Source: Bacteroidales bacterium
GTDB taxonomy: Bacteria; Bacteroidota; Bacteroidia; Bacteroidales; FEN-979
Reading direction: 5' to 3'
Assembly (NCBI GenBank): GCA_025355465.1
Contig: JANXZO010000046.1
Location: 666-64,665, forward strand
DNA: 64,000 nucleotides
A model generated the notes under the pieces. That model made no database searches, had not been told where the DNA came from, and saw only the letters and a list, made by a program, of their open reading frames with translations. A program made the translations under genes and the position numbers. Shown piece after piece: positions 47,991 through 59,400 of the stretch. The first letter of the stretch is position 1; each line of letters begins with the position of its first letter.

Positions 47991-48966
47991 ATGACGAAAA
48001 ATCAATTTCCCGGAGATCAGCAGGTCGTTGCAAGATCGCTGGAAGTGACCATAAAAGTTGGCTTGGCCTTGGGGCTTGTCCTGGTCTGTTTTTTTATCCT
48101 GAAACCCTTTATTCTTCTGATACTATGGGGAATTATTATCGCCGTATCCGTACATCCGCTTTACAGGAAGCTGGGAACCCTGCTGGGGAATAGGCATAAA
48201 CTCGCGGCCATCCTTTTTACATTGTTCCTGTTGATCATCCTCATCACCCCGATCGCAATCCTTGGAGCATCACTTGTGGATGCAGTGATCTTTATCAAAA
48301 ACACCTTTGAAGCCAAGCAAAGCATTATCCCGGCTCCGGTGGATGCTTGCCTCCCTCACCGGAGCCGGGCTGAGCCTGGTACTCTTCTTTGTATCGATCG
48401 TAATTTCAGGTGTACTGCTCATCTATTCGGATGATATCCGGCCGGTTACCCATACTTTCGCCGTTCGGATCATGGGGAACCTGGGTACAAAAGCCGTAGG
48501 AGATTCCGTGATCACTGTCCGGAACGTAATTCGAGGGATCCTCGGCATTGCGTTTATCCAGGCCGTTCTTGCAGGGCTGGGATTTATGGTAGCGGGGGTT
48601 CCGGGAGCCGGATTGTGGGCGTTCATTGCCTTTTTCCTGTGTATCATTCAGATCGGCCCCCTGCCTGTAATTCTTCCCGTATTGATCTTTGTGTTTGTCA
48701 AAGATTCCACGCTCACCTTCGCCCTGCTCACCGCCTGGTGCATTCCGATCCTGCTGATCGACAATGTACTCAAACCAATCATGCTCGGCAGAAAATCCCC
48801 CTCCCCGATGCTGGTCGTTTTCATGGGAGCGATCGGAGGCTTCATCTATTTCGGGATCATCGGGCTCTTTGTCGGATCGGTCGTCCTTTCATTGGGATAT
48901 AACCTCTTCCTCATATGGCTCAGGGCAAACAACGAAAACGAAGGCGAAATACCCTTGGAATCGTGA
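47991..48966 (+). pseudogene. AI-2E (PerM/YdiK) family transporter split by a frameshift or deletion at ~48337
   Basis: The 5' part (LKPFILLILWGIIIAVSVHPLY) and the 3' part (DNVLKPIMLGR, GAIGGFIYFGIIGLFVG) are in different frames. Confidence 0.82.
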
Positions 48967-49001
48967 CCGGGAATTATTTATTTTTGCAAAAACAGATCCC
49001 T

Positions 49002-49529
49002 ATGAAAACCATCGTAAAGTCGCTGACAATTTTTCTCGTGCTTACTTTTCTTTGTACCTCGTTCAACAGTTCAGCGCAATCTGCCGGTAAACCTTACAAC
49101 GAAAACCAGGATGTGAGGGCCGATCTGAAAAAGGCGATTGACCAGGCGCAAAAAGAAAACAAAAATATCCTCATTCAGTTCGGAGGCAACTGGTGCTCCT
49201 GGTGTATGCGCTTTCACGCCCTGGTGAGTGGTGTCAGCAGCGTTGATTCGGTCATGAAGGCGAATTATGTTTATATGCTGCTGAACGTATCTCAGGATAA
49301 AGCAAAACGTGATTATACCCTTTTCCAGGAATTCGGATACCCCAACCGCTTTGGTTATCCTGTTTTTGTAATCCTCGATAAAAACGGGAAAAGATTGAAT
49401 ACTCAGGACTCCGATGCGTTTGAATATTTCAACCCGAAGGTGAAAGGGTATGATACTACAAAGGTGGTTCGATTCCTCACAATGTGGTCGCCGAAGGCAA
49501 TAGACCCGGCTACCTATCAGAAAAAGTAG
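49002..49529 (+). CDS. Exported thioredoxin-family protein
   Basis: Signal peptide, GGNWCSWC and a GYPVFV cis-Pro loop. TATTTTTG box at 48979-48986. Confidence 0.88.
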   Translation: MKTIVKSLTIFLVLTFLCTSFNSSAQSAGKPYNENQDVRADLKKAIDQAQKENKNILIQFGGNWCSWCMRFHALVSGVSSVDSVMKANYVYMLLNVSQDKAKRDYTLFQEFGYPNRFGYPVFVILDKNGKRLNTQDSDAFEYFNPKVKGYDTTKVVRFLTMWSPKAIDPATYQKK

Positions 49530-50893
49530 TAAACCCCGATAAGCAGCCTCAGATTTGCAACCTCCTTTGAGTCGACAGCATACCCGTATTCAGTCACCCT
49601 GCCGTAAGCCGTTGCAGTATACTCAACTTCGGCGGCGATCCTGAGTTTTTGGACATTCAGAATCATCCGGGGAGAGATCCGGTAGAGGTAATCGATATTT
49701 GTTCCGCGGGCATAAGCCGGACCCGTGATTATGTCCAGCGAACCAAGGTTGCGACTATAGGCGGCAAAAATTCCGGGTTGCCATTTTGTGCCGTTTGTAT
49801 GAACCTCGCCCCATACTGCCAGCGAACGAATGCAGGTATAATCCACAAATCCCCTGAGCGGGTCTGTGATGCTGCGAACAGCATAACCTCCCACCATGGT
49901 ATAGGAGTAGTTATTCTCCCCGTACTCCCCGCCAGCCTTCATGGTCAGGTTTTTCAGTTTCAGCTTGGCGTAAATATTTGCAGCGAACGCACCGGTTTTG
50001 GTATTTGTTTTATAGGAGGCCGTAACGGCATCATGGTGAAAAACCAAGTTATTGATCACGGTATCGTAGCCCTTTTTTATCACAACATCGGTATTCAGCC
50101 TTGGCGTGAGCAATAGGTAATTGATACCGGCCCCGGCCAGGAATTCCATCTTTTTTTCCTCATTCTTAAACCCATATTGCAACTGAAGGTCCAATTCAGG
50201 GAGTACCGAATTGCGGGCATATCGGGGCGAGGGTCCTGACGGGCCGTCGCTGACAAAATCTATCTGCGACAAAGCCGTTAACGAAATGTTGAAATGGCCA
50301 AACCCCCGGGTGACTTTTATCTGCGGATTGCGCGAAAAAACCACAAACGGCGCTCCGGTGTTGAACGACACGGTGGCAGGAGAGCACTCTGGTATAAACA
50401 TCGGATGCCACCACTGTCCAACCAGGAGTTCTGTTTTCGGCCATGCAAGCTTTACCCAGGCATGCCGCAGCCGGAATGCATTGATGGCAGTATTGATATT
50501 GCCGAAGAACTCCCCTTCCACATAGGCGGATGTTTTGGCTCCCAGTGCATCAGGACCGGTGGCCGAGCAGGCAAGACGGGTTTGAATTGACAGGAAATTA
50601 TAGCTGGCCTTCGCATTGATATCGTTCCCCTCAGCATCTTTCCTGACAGCCTCCGGAAAAAGCAGAAACTGACTTTCACGCAAGCCCACGGTTTGCCGGC
50701 TGTCAAAGAAGATGTCAGTTTTCACATAGCCTGAAAACACTACCCCGAAAAGGGGAGCCTTCTTGGCCGGAATTTCATGCTGTTCCTCTTTGGCAGGTGG
50801 CTTGGGATCGCCAGTCTGAGCGGAGCAATTTATCAGGGAAAAGTAAAAAATGAGAACGAACAAAAGGGTGGTAATTCTGAGAAGTTGTTTCAT
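49517..50893 (-). CDS. DcaP-like outer-membrane porin
   Basis: Signal peptide from ATG 50893; FSGYVKTD, EGEFFG, FRLRHAW, GQWWHP, RNPQI; C-terminal YFF. Confidence 0.75.
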   Translation of the reverse strand: MKQLLRITTLLFVLIFYFSLINCSAQTGDPKPPAKEEQHEIPAKKAPLFGVVFSGYVKTDIFFDSRQTVGLRESQFLLFPEAVRKDAEGNDINAKASYNFLSIQTRLACSATGPDALGAKTSAYVEGEFFGNINTAINAFRLRHAWVKLAWPKTELLVGQWWHPMFIPECSPATVSFNTGAPFVVFSRNPQIKVTRGFGHFNISLTALSQIDFVSDGPSGPSPRYARNSVLPELDLQLQYGFKNEEKKMEFLAGAGINYLLLTPRLNTDVVIKKGYDTVINNLVFHHDAVTASYKTNTKTGAFAANIYAKLKLKNLTMKAGGEYGENNYSYTMVGGYAVRSITDPLRGFVDYTCIRSLAVWGEVHTNGTKWQPGIFAAYSRNLGSLDIITGPAYARGTNIDYLYRISPRMILNVQKLRIAAEVEYTATAYGRVTEYGYAVDSKEVANLRLLIGVYYFF

Positions 50894-50998
50894 GAAACAG
50901 GTTGGCTTAATTTTCGGTGGCAAAGGAACGACATTTTTGTAAATTTGTAACCGATTACCAGTAATGATCAACATTCCGGAGCATTTACTTCCCCTGCT

Positions 50999-53683
50999 AT
51001 GAACATCCACAAACTCAACAACATCTTCAATCCGCAACGCATCGCGCTGATCGGCGTTACCACCAATCCCAACAGCGTAAGCGGCAAAGTGCTCATCAAT
51101 CTTGTCGGCGGTGGCTTCAAAGGGGTAGTTTATCCGATCAATCCTGATCACGAGGCCGTGATGGGCATCCCGTGTTTTCCGGATTTGAAAAGTCTCCCTA
51201 AAATCCCTGACCTGGGAATTATCTGTTCACCTGCCGAAAAAGTTCTGAACACGGTGCGGGAGTGCGGGGCTTCGGGAATCCGTGGAGTGATCATTATCTC
51301 AGCCGGATTCCGGGAGACGGGAACAGCGGGAAAACAACTGGAGGATGAGATCAGGGCAGAGATCCGGAAATGGGAAGGGATGAGGGTGTTAGGGCCAAAC
51401 TGCCTGGGCATCATTGTTCCGGGGCTGAAGTTAAATGCCAGTTTCGCGGCAAGTATGCCCAAACCGGGAAACATTGCCTTTATTTCACAGTCGGGGGCCC
51501 TCTGTACTTCCGTTCTTGACTGGGCCATGGAAGGCAGGATCGGATTTTCTCAGTTCGTCTCCATCGGAAACAGCATCGATGTGGAATTTGGCGATCTCAT
51601 TGACTATTTCGGGGAGGATGAAAATACAAAATGTATCATACTTTATATCGAGTCAATACAAAACCCCCGAAAATTCATGACGGCGGCAAGGGCTTTTGCC
51701 CGCAAGAAGCCGATCATCGTTTACAAGGCAGGCAGGTTTCCTGAATCGGCCAAAGTCGCTGCCTCACACACCGGGGCCATGGCTTCGGAAGATGCCGTTT
51801 ATGATGCCGCATTTCAAAGGGTTGGACTGGCAAGGGTTTACGAGATCGGAGATATTTTCAGTGTTGCAGAATTGATCGGTCGAAACAAATTTCCAAAAGG
51901 ACCGAGGCTCGGAATCATCACCAATGCCGGTGGCCCCGGGGTGATGGCAACAGATGCCCTGATTGCATCGAACGGGGTGCTGGCAGAATTGTCGCCGGAA
52001 ACATTGGAAAAACTGAATGAGAACCTGCCAGCCTTCTGGTCTCACGGAAATCCGGTGGATGTTCTCGGTGATGCAAGGGCCAAACGTATTGCCAAAGCCA
52101 CTCAAATAGTGCTGGACGACCCATCGGTGGATGCCGTTCTCGTCATCCTGACCCCGCAGGCTATGACCAATCCCGACGCTACTGCCAGGGAGATCACCCT
52201 GCTCGTTTCTGCCACGCAAAAGCCCATCCTGGCTGCCTGGCTTGGCGGACAGAGCATGCATGCCGCCGACGACATACTCATCGAAAGCGGAATTCCTTCG
52301 TTTCGCACACCCGAACAGGCCATCCGTGCTTTCATGACACTGGTCGCCTATTCAAGAAACCTCGACACCCTCTACGAAACACCCAAAGACATTCCTGTCG
52401 AATTTTCGGTTGACCGGCTGCGCCTAAGGGAGGAATTTAAACGCACCATCCATGGGAAAGAACCCATCCTCTCCGAAAATGACTCCAAGTCAATCCTCGA
52501 ATCATATGGGATCAGCACCACCAAACCCGTTTTTGCATCGTCAGCAAAAGAGGCTATCGAAATGGCAGGAAAAATCGGCTACCCCGTTGTTCTGAAAATA
52601 CAGTCGCCCGATATCACTCATAAATCGGATGTGGGAGGCGTTCAGCTCAACCTGGGCACCGAAAACCAGGTGAATGCCGCCTTCGAACGCATCATGGAAG
52701 CAGCCCGTACCCGACGCCCCGATGCAAGAATCGAAGGAGTAACTGTTCAAAAAATGGCTTCGGTAAGGGATGGGGCTGAGCTGATCCTCGGCATTAAAAA
52801 GGACAGTGTTTTCGGTACGGTATTGATGGTGGGGATGGGGGGTATCAATGCAGAGTTATTTGGTGACAAGGCACTTGGATTTCCTCCGTTAAATGAACGT
52901 CTGGCCAGCCACATGCTGGAATCGCTTAAGATCTATCCGATCCTTAAAGGATACAGGGGTAACCCCGCCATGAATATTCCGCAACTGATCCAGGTTTTGA
53001 TCAGGTTGTCATACCTTGCGGCCGACTACCCCGAAATCGCTGAGCTGGATATCAACCCTTTGCTTGTAACTACCGGGGAAGTTATTGCACTGGATGCGCG
53101 CATCGTGGTCGAAGACTACCCCGGCCCGCATGAGAGTAAGAACTATGCTCATCTCGCCCTGCATCCGTATCCTGAAAAATATGTGAAACAGACCCTTCTT
53201 CAGGATGGGACAGAAGTGCTGCTGCGGCCGATCAAACCGGAGGATGAACCAAATTGGCTCGCAATGCTTGGAGCCTGCTCCAAAGAGTCACTTTACAGCA
53301 GGTTCCGTTACTTTTTTCACTGGCAATCGCACGAAGTCGCCACGCGTTTCTGTTACATTGATTACGATCGTGAACTGGCCATCGTGGCAGAAATAATTGT
53401 GAACGGGCAGAAGAATTTAATCGGTGTTGGCAGGCTTATCGCAGATCCTGATCACGAAACGGTGGAGTATGCCATTCTTGTCGTTGATGCATGGCAACAC
53501 AAGGATCTCGGAAACAGCATTACCGACTATTGTCTGGATATCGCCGCACAATGGAATCTGAAAAAAATCGTGGCACAAACCACTCCCGATAACAAACGGA
53601 TGATCTCGGTATTTCAGAAAAGAGGATTTGATGTTCATATCAATACTCATGATTCAACCGTGGATGTGATAAAGATCCTATAA
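50999..53683 (+). CDS. NDP-forming acyl-CoA synthetase-like protein with a C-terminal GNAT domain (Pat-type lysine acetyltransferase)
   Basis: FNPQRIALIG, GPNCLG, SQSGA, ASHTGAM, ITHKSDVGGV, LDINPL, then LRPIKPEDE..IDYDRELA GNAT. Confidence 0.92.
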   Translation: MNIHKLNNIFNPQRIALIGVTTNPNSVSGKVLINLVGGGFKGVVYPINPDHEAVMGIPCFPDLKSLPKIPDLGIICSPAEKVLNTVRECGASGIRGVIIISAGFRETGTAGKQLEDEIRAEIRKWEGMRVLGPNCLGIIVPGLKLNASFAASMPKPGNIAFISQSGALCTSVLDWAMEGRIGFSQFVSIGNSIDVEFGDLIDYFGEDENTKCIILYIESIQNPRKFMTAARAFARKKPIIVYKAGRFPESAKVAASHTGAMASEDAVYDAAFQRVGLARVYEIGDIFSVAELIGRNKFPKGPRLGIITNAGGPGVMATDALIASNGVLAELSPETLEKLNENLPAFWSHGNPVDVLGDARAKRIAKATQIVLDDPSVDAVLVILTPQAMTNPDATAREITLLVSATQKPILAAWLGGQSMHAADDILIESGIPSFRTPEQAIRAFMTLVAYSRNLDTLYETPKDIPVEFSVDRLRLREEFKRTIHGKEPILSENDSKSILESYGISTTKPVFASSAKEAIEMAGKIGYPVVLKIQSPDITHKSDVGGVQLNLGTENQVNAAFERIMEAARTRRPDARIEGVTVQKMASVRDGAELILGIKKDSVFGTVLMVGMGGINAELFGDKALGFPPLNERLASHMLESLKIYPILKGYRGNPAMNIPQLIQVLIRLSYLAADYPEIAELDINPLLVTTGEVIALDARIVVEDYPGPHESKNYAHLALHPYPEKYVKQTLLQDGTEVLLRPIKPEDEPNWLAMLGACSKESLYSRFRYFFHWQSHEVATRFCYIDYDRELAIVAEIIVNGQKNLIGVGRLIADPDHETVEYAILVVDAWQHKDLGNSITDYCLDIAAQWNLKKIVAQTTPDNKRMISVFQKRGFDVHINTHDSTVDVIKIL

Positions 53684-53724
53684 TAATTATTTCAAAATGC
53701 CGTTTACCTAAAAACTAAATTCAG

Positions 53725-54261
53725 ATGAAGATTACTCGATTTTTACCTTTTTATGTGATGATGCTGGGAATTTTAATATTAAGTTCCTGCGTCACCGTTC
53801 ACCCAAACCAGAAACTTTTAATCGGAAGCTGGAAACCGGAAAGTGTTGTAAAATATGTCGATCAGAATACCGTACAGGCTCCATCGGCCACCACGTCAAC
53901 CCCTGCAACTGCACAGCCGGTCAAAGCCAAAAGTGCAGATACTTCCGGCAAGGGAAGAGCCCCCGCCACCCCTGCTGTGCCGATCGACCAGAAAATGGCA
54001 CTGATGCTCGATCGATTGATCGTGGCTGAAGAACGTTCAACCCTGGATATCAGTGCAAACGGAACCGGCGCCAAAATATACCACGGTAAAGTTCTCAAAG
54101 CCAAATGGAAGCTGAAAGCCAAGGGAACCCGGATCGTCGGAAAAGAACTGGAAGGAGGACGTAAGTTCGTCGCCGATATTGTCGAAATATCTGATAAACG
54201 GCTGGTGGTTATCGAACGTACACAGGTTGGCGATATGAAAGTCGTTTATATTAAACAATAG
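53725..54261 (+). CDS. Hypothetical lipoprotein (lipocalin-like)
   Basis: LSSC lipobox, LIGSWK motif and a Pro/Ala/Thr-rich insert. Confidence 0.65.
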   Translation: MKITRFLPFYVMMLGILILSSCVTVHPNQKLLIGSWKPESVVKYVDQNTVQAPSATTSTPATAQPVKAKSADTSGKGRAPATPAVPIDQKMALMLDRLIVAEERSTLDISANGTGAKIYHGKVLKAKWKLKAKGTRIVGKELEGGRKFVADIVEISDKRLVVIERTQVGDMKVVYIKQ

Positions 54262-54271
54262 ACACAACAAC

Positions 54272-54328
54272 AAAGAGGCAGTTTCCAGGGGTCTTATCTG
54301 ACTTTTTTTGGGAACGCCTCTTTTTTTT
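54272..54328 (+). terminator. Long hairpin terminator
   Basis: AAAGAGGC..GTTTCC..GGGAAC-GCCTC followed by T8. Confidence 0.7.
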
Positions 54329-54390
54329 AAATAACATTTGGAATTAGTCTAAATTAAATTGTACATTTGCAACACAAAAACATTATTTTT

Positions 54391-55146
54391 ATGAAGCACC
54401 TTTTGAAATTTTCATTATCAGCCGGATTATTCCTGTCACTTTTTCTGGCAGGATGCAGCAAATCGGAAGATTCAACCCCTTCAACTCCGTCCACCCCGGG
54501 TTCGCAAACTCCGGGAGTGAGCTTTAAGGATGGATACGGCGCCCTTGCTGCGGTAAAAACAGTTTCGTATCAAACCGTTTCCGGATTCTCGGTTCCCGTT
54601 GTGGTGAATACAGCGGTGGCTGCATTTCCCTCCACAGCAGGTTCGGGCGGCAACCTGGTGGATGCAGGAAATGTTTCACTCAATGGCAAAATGCTGACCA
54701 AAACAGCCACCAATGCTTACGTATATCAAACCCTGACGGACCCGTTGGTGTTTAACCAGTTTGCCTGGAAGGTAAGCGGTTCAGGGGCTGTTCCTGCCAT
54801 CACCTATACCGATGACAGGCCAATGGCGGATTTTTCGGGATACGAAACTCTTCCGGGTACCATCACCCGGGCAAGCGGCCTTACCATAGCTCTCGGATCC
54901 GCCGTAACGGATGCTGATTCGGTGTATGTGGTATTGACGGATTACAGCAACGGTTACATTTTGAAACGTGTGGTCGGAAATGCGGCTCAATGCGTTTTTT
55001 CCGCTGCTGAGCTGGCTAAACTGGCTGCCGGACAAGGAATGTTACAGATCTGTCCGTGGAATTATAAAGCTGAAGACATCAGCGATAAACGATTTTACTT
55101 TGTGAATGAATCAGCCTACACGAAGATGGGGGTTACGATCAATTAG
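54391..55146 (+). CDS. Hypothetical surface lipoprotein
   Basis: LAGC-SKSED lipobox with a Bacteroidota export-type signal. TACATTTG box at 54362-54369. Confidence 0.75.
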   Translation: MKHLLKFSLSAGLFLSLFLAGCSKSEDSTPSTPSTPGSQTPGVSFKDGYGALAAVKTVSYQTVSGFSVPVVVNTAVAAFPSTAGSGGNLVDAGNVSLNGKMLTKTATNAYVYQTLTDPLVFNQFAWKVSGSGAVPAITYTDDRPMADFSGYETLPGTITRASGLTIALGSAVTDADSVYVVLTDYSNGYILKRVVGNAAQCVFSAAELAKLAAGQGMLQICPWNYKAEDISDKRFYFVNESAYTKMGVTIN

Positions 55147-55160
55147 CCCATGGGAAAGAG

Positions 55161-55258
55161 ACCCCGGGTAAAACCGGGTTTTTGTTTGGTTTCTAACCCC
55201 GGGGTGGTTCCCGGGGATTTGGTTTCTATGAAAAACCCGCTGAAAGGCGGGTTTTTTT
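55161..55258. terminator. Three stacked GC-rich hairpins; the last is a bidirectional-type terminator
   Basis: CCCGG-GTAAAA-CCGGG; CCCCGGG-GTGGTT-CCCGGGG; AAAAACCCGC-TGAAAG-GCGGGTTTTTTT. Confidence 0.7.
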
Positions 55259-55337
55259 GAAATTCTTTACATTAAATGGTACCTTTGTCAGGAGAAATGA
55301 CAAGTTATTTAAAATTAATGCTTTAACCCAAGAAACC

Positions 55338-56480
55338 ATGAATTTCGATTTCACCGAAGAACAGATCATGATCCAGCAATCTGCGCGGGACTATGCACAG
55401 CGCGAACTGATAAAGGACGTCCTGGAGCGGGATGCCAAAGCTGAATTTCCAACCCAACATGTAAAGGCCTTAGCCGAACTTGGTTTCCTGGGCATGCTTG
55501 TGGATACAAAATATGACGGAGGCGGGATGGATACTGTATCCTATGTTCTGGCCATGGAGGAGATCTCCAAAATCGACAGTTCTGTTTCGGTGATCATGTC
55601 GGTAAACAACTCCCTGGTATGTTATGGTATCGAGGCTTTCGGTACGGAGGAGCAGAAGGAGAAATGGCTTAAACCCCTCGCCCGAGGCGAAAAAATAGGC
55701 GCCTTTCTGCTCTCTGAACCTGAAGCTGGTTCCGATGCCACATCACAGCGTACCACAGCCATTGATAAAGGTGATCATTACCTGGTAAACGGCGTAAAAA
55801 ACTGGATCACCAACGGGAATTCAGCGAGCACCTACGTGCTCATTGCACAGACTCATCCCGAAAAAGGACACAAAGGGATCAATGCATTTCTGGTTGACCG
55901 GCACGCTCCCGGTATTTCGCTGGGCCCGCACGAAGACAAAATGGGAATGCGCAGCAGCGACACCCATTCGGTGATGTTTACCGACGTGATCGTGCCAAAA
56001 GAAAACCGGCTTGGAGAAGATGGTTTTGGGTTTAAATTTGCCATGAAGACCCTGGAAGGCGGACGCATTGGCATTGCCGCACAGGCATTGGGAATTGCAC
56101 AGGGTGCCTACGAACGGGCGCTGAAATATTCAAAAGAACGCAAAGCTTTTGGAACCGAGATCATCAACCACCAGGGGATCGCTTTCAAACTTGCCGAAAT
56201 GCATACCCGCATTGAGGCAGCGCGCTACTTTTGTTTAAAATCGGCCTGGCTTAAAGATCAGGGAAAACCTTACGGTACAGCCAGTGCCATGGCAAAATAC
56301 TGGGCTGCCGAAACAGCCATGTATGTTACAACCGAGGCAGTACAGATACACGGTGGTTATGGTTATGTGAAAGAGTACCATGTGGAAAGACTGATGCGTG
56401 AAGCCAAACTTACCCAAATCTATGAAGGCACCAGCGAAATACAGCAGGTGATAATTGCCCGGGCTATAATGAACGATTAA
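55338..56480 (+). CDS. Short/branched-chain acyl-CoA dehydrogenase
   Basis: [54 protein letters not shown] box at 55280-55287. Confidence 0.93.
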   Translation: MNFDFTEEQIMIQQSARDYAQRELIKDVLERDAKAEFPTQHVKALAELGFLGMLVDTKYDGGGMDTVSYVLAMEEISKIDSSVSVIMSVNNSLVCYGIEAFGTEEQKEKWLKPLARGEKIGAFLLSEPEAGSDATSQRTTAIDKGDHYLVNGVKNWITNGNSASTYVLIAQTHPEKGHKGINAFLVDRHAPGISLGPHEDKMGMRSSDTHSVMFTDVIVPKENRLGEDGFGFKFAMKTLEGGRIGIAAQALGIAQGAYERALKYSKERKAFGTEIINHQGIAFKLAEMHTRIEAARYFCLKSAWLKDQGKPYGTASAMAKYWAAETAMYVTTEAVQIHGGYGYVKEYHVERLMREAKLTQIYEGTSEIQQVIIARAIMND

Positions 56481-56481
56481 A

Positions 56482-59400
56482 ATGAATATTCCCGAACCTT
56501 ACAAACCCAAGAATCATATCCGCATTGTAACCGCTGCCTCACTTTTCGACGGTCACGATGCGGCCATCAACATCATGCGTCGTATCCTCCAGGCCAGTGG
56601 CGCCGAAGTGATACACCTTGGACATAACCGCTCGGTGCAGGAGGTGGTCGACTGTGCCATCCAGGAGGATGCACAGGCCATTGCCATTACCTCTTACCAG
56701 GGAGGTCACAACGAGTACTTCAAATATATGTACGACCTGCTGAATGAGCGGGGAGCCGGGCACATCCGGATTTTCGGAGGCGGCGGGGGTGTTATCCTTC
56801 CGGATGAAATCAGCGACCTGCATGCATATGGTATTACGCGGATCTATTCTCCCGATGATGGTCGGGAGATGTCTCTTCAGGGGATGATCAATGACCTTCT
56901 GGAACGGTGTGATTTCCCGGTTGGGTTATTACCGGCAGAACCCCGCGAAGATTTGACTTTGCAGGTATCCTCTGTAAATGAAATTGCCAACCTTATTTCA
57001 GCTGCTGAAAATTTTCCTGAGCAGGCCCGTCTGCTGCTGGATAAAATCTCGCTGGAGGCGGAAAAGAAAAGGATCCCTGTACTCGGGATCACGGGAACCG
57101 GAGGAGCAGGCAAATCTTCACTGGTTGATGAACTCGTAAGAAGATATCTGCACGATCTCCCCGGTAAAACGATGGCCATAATATCGGTAGATCCTACAAA
57201 ACGTAAAACGGGTGGTGCGCTCCTGGGCGACCGCATCAGGATGAACGCCATCTTCAATCCAAGGGTCTACATGCGGTCGCTGGCTACCCGGCAGTCGAAC
57301 CTGGCCCTTTCAAAATATGTTAAAGATGCCATCAATATTGTGAAGGCAGCCGGGTTTGACCTGGTGATCGTCGAGACTTCAGGGATCGGGCAATCCGACA
57401 CCGAAATCGTCGATCACAGCGATGTTACGCTTTATGTGATGACACCTGAATATGGGGCGGCAAGTCAGCTCGAAAAGATCGACATGCTTGACTGGGCAGA
57501 CCTGGTGGCCATCAACAAATTTGATAAAAGGGGAGCGCTGGATGCACTGCGCGATGTAAAGAAACAGTATCAGAGAAACCAGAAACTATTCGATCTCCCG
57601 GTTGAAAAAATGCCGGTGTACGGAACCGTTGCATCGCAGTTTAACGATCCCGGAGTAAATGAACTTTACCGCGAACTGATCCGTAAGGTGGAAGCGAAGA
57701 CAGGGGCTTCCTTTTCGAGTAAATATGCCGGTGGCATGGAGATGGTGGAGAAGATCTACATTATCCCCCCGTCGCGTACCCGTTACCTTGCCGAAATTGC
57801 TGAAGGGGTGCGGAGTTATAACCTCTGGACAGAATCCCAGGGCCAGGTAGCCCAACGTCTTTATTCAATTGTTCAGACTATCCAAACGCTACAGTCAGAG
57901 GCAGAAGGCAAAAACAGCAACAAGTTACCGGATCAAGGCCAAAAAACCGGGATGTTGTCCGAACTCGAAATGCTTTACGAGCGTACCCTCAAAGAACTTG
58001 ACCCCGCGAACCACGACATCATCAGAAACTGGAACGGGAAGGTGAAATCCTATACGGATGACCACTATGTTTACAAGGTGAGGAACAAAGAGCTATGCAT
58101 TGAAACCCACACCGAATCCCTTTCGCGGCTGAAGATTCCGAAAATATCGATGCCACGCTATGAAGCCTGGGGCGATGTGCTGAGATGGAATCTGAGGGAA
58201 AATGTTCCCGGCGAATTTCCTTATGCCGCCGGCGTTTTTCCGTTCAAGCGTGAAGGAGAAGACCCCACCCGGATGTTTGCAGGTGAAGGTGGACCAGAGC
58301 GTACCAATAAAAGATTCCATTATGTATCCCTGGGGATGCCTTTTGTTAGGTTGTCAACAGCCTACGATTCTGTTACCCTTTACGGTTTCGATCCGGGGAT
58401 GCGTCCCGATATCTATGGGAAGATCGGGAATGCCGGGGTGTCGATCGCCTGTCTGGACGATGCAAAGAAACTCTATTCCGGATTTGACCTGGTGAATTCC
58501 AACACGTCAGTCTCCATGACCATCAACGGTCCTGCACCAACCATGGTTGGATACTTCATGAATGCCGCCATCGATCAGCAGTGCGAATTGTATATCCGGC
58601 AGAATGGCCTGGAGGCGGAGGTTGAAAAAAAGATCAAAGCGATCTACAAAAAGGCAGGAACAAGAAGGCCGGCGTATCAGGGTGAACTACCGCGGGGCAA
58701 CAACGGACTGGGTCTGATGCTTCTTGGCATTACCGGCGACCAGGTGTTGCCCAAAGAAGTCTACGCAAAGATAAAATGTGAAACCCTGGCCAATGTGCGC
58801 GGAACAGTGCAAGCCGACATACTCAAAGAGGACCAGGCGCAGAATACCTGCATCTTTTCCATCGACTTTGCGCTGAAGATGATGGGAGATATCCAATCCT
58901 ATTTCATCGAAAACAATGTCAGGAACTTCTATTCGGTGTCCATCTCAGGTTACCATATTGCCGAGGCAGGCGCCAATCCAATATCGCAACTGGCCTTTAC
59001 CCTGGCAAACGGTTTTACCTACGTGGAATATTATGTTTCACGCGGGATGGATGTTAATAAATTTGCACCTAACCTTTCGTTCTTTTTCTCCAACGGCATC
59101 GATCCCGAATATGCTGTTATAGGCCGCGTAGCCAGGCTCATCTGGGCAAAGGCAATGAAATACAAGTATAAGGCGGATGCCCGTTCACAGATGTTGAAAT
59201 ACCATATTCAAACTTCCGGACGATCGCTGCATGCGCAGGAGATCGATTTCAACGACATCCGCACCACATTGCAAGCCTTGTATGCCATTTACGACAATTG
59301 CAATTCACTGCACACCAACGCATACGATGAAGCCATCACCACGCCTACCGAAGAGTCTGTTCGCAGGGCCATGGCCATCCAGATGATCATTAACCACGAA

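Noticed and set aside
50894-51151. N-terminal 86 aa of ORF 49517-51151
   Set aside because: It overlaps the divergent Pat-like gene, and the signal peptide starts at ATG 50893.
55147-55337. Cobalamin riboswitch upstream of ACAD-icmF, or a CRISPR array
   Set aside because: I saw no B12-box consensus, and the repeats are 11 nt in two copies with no cas genes.
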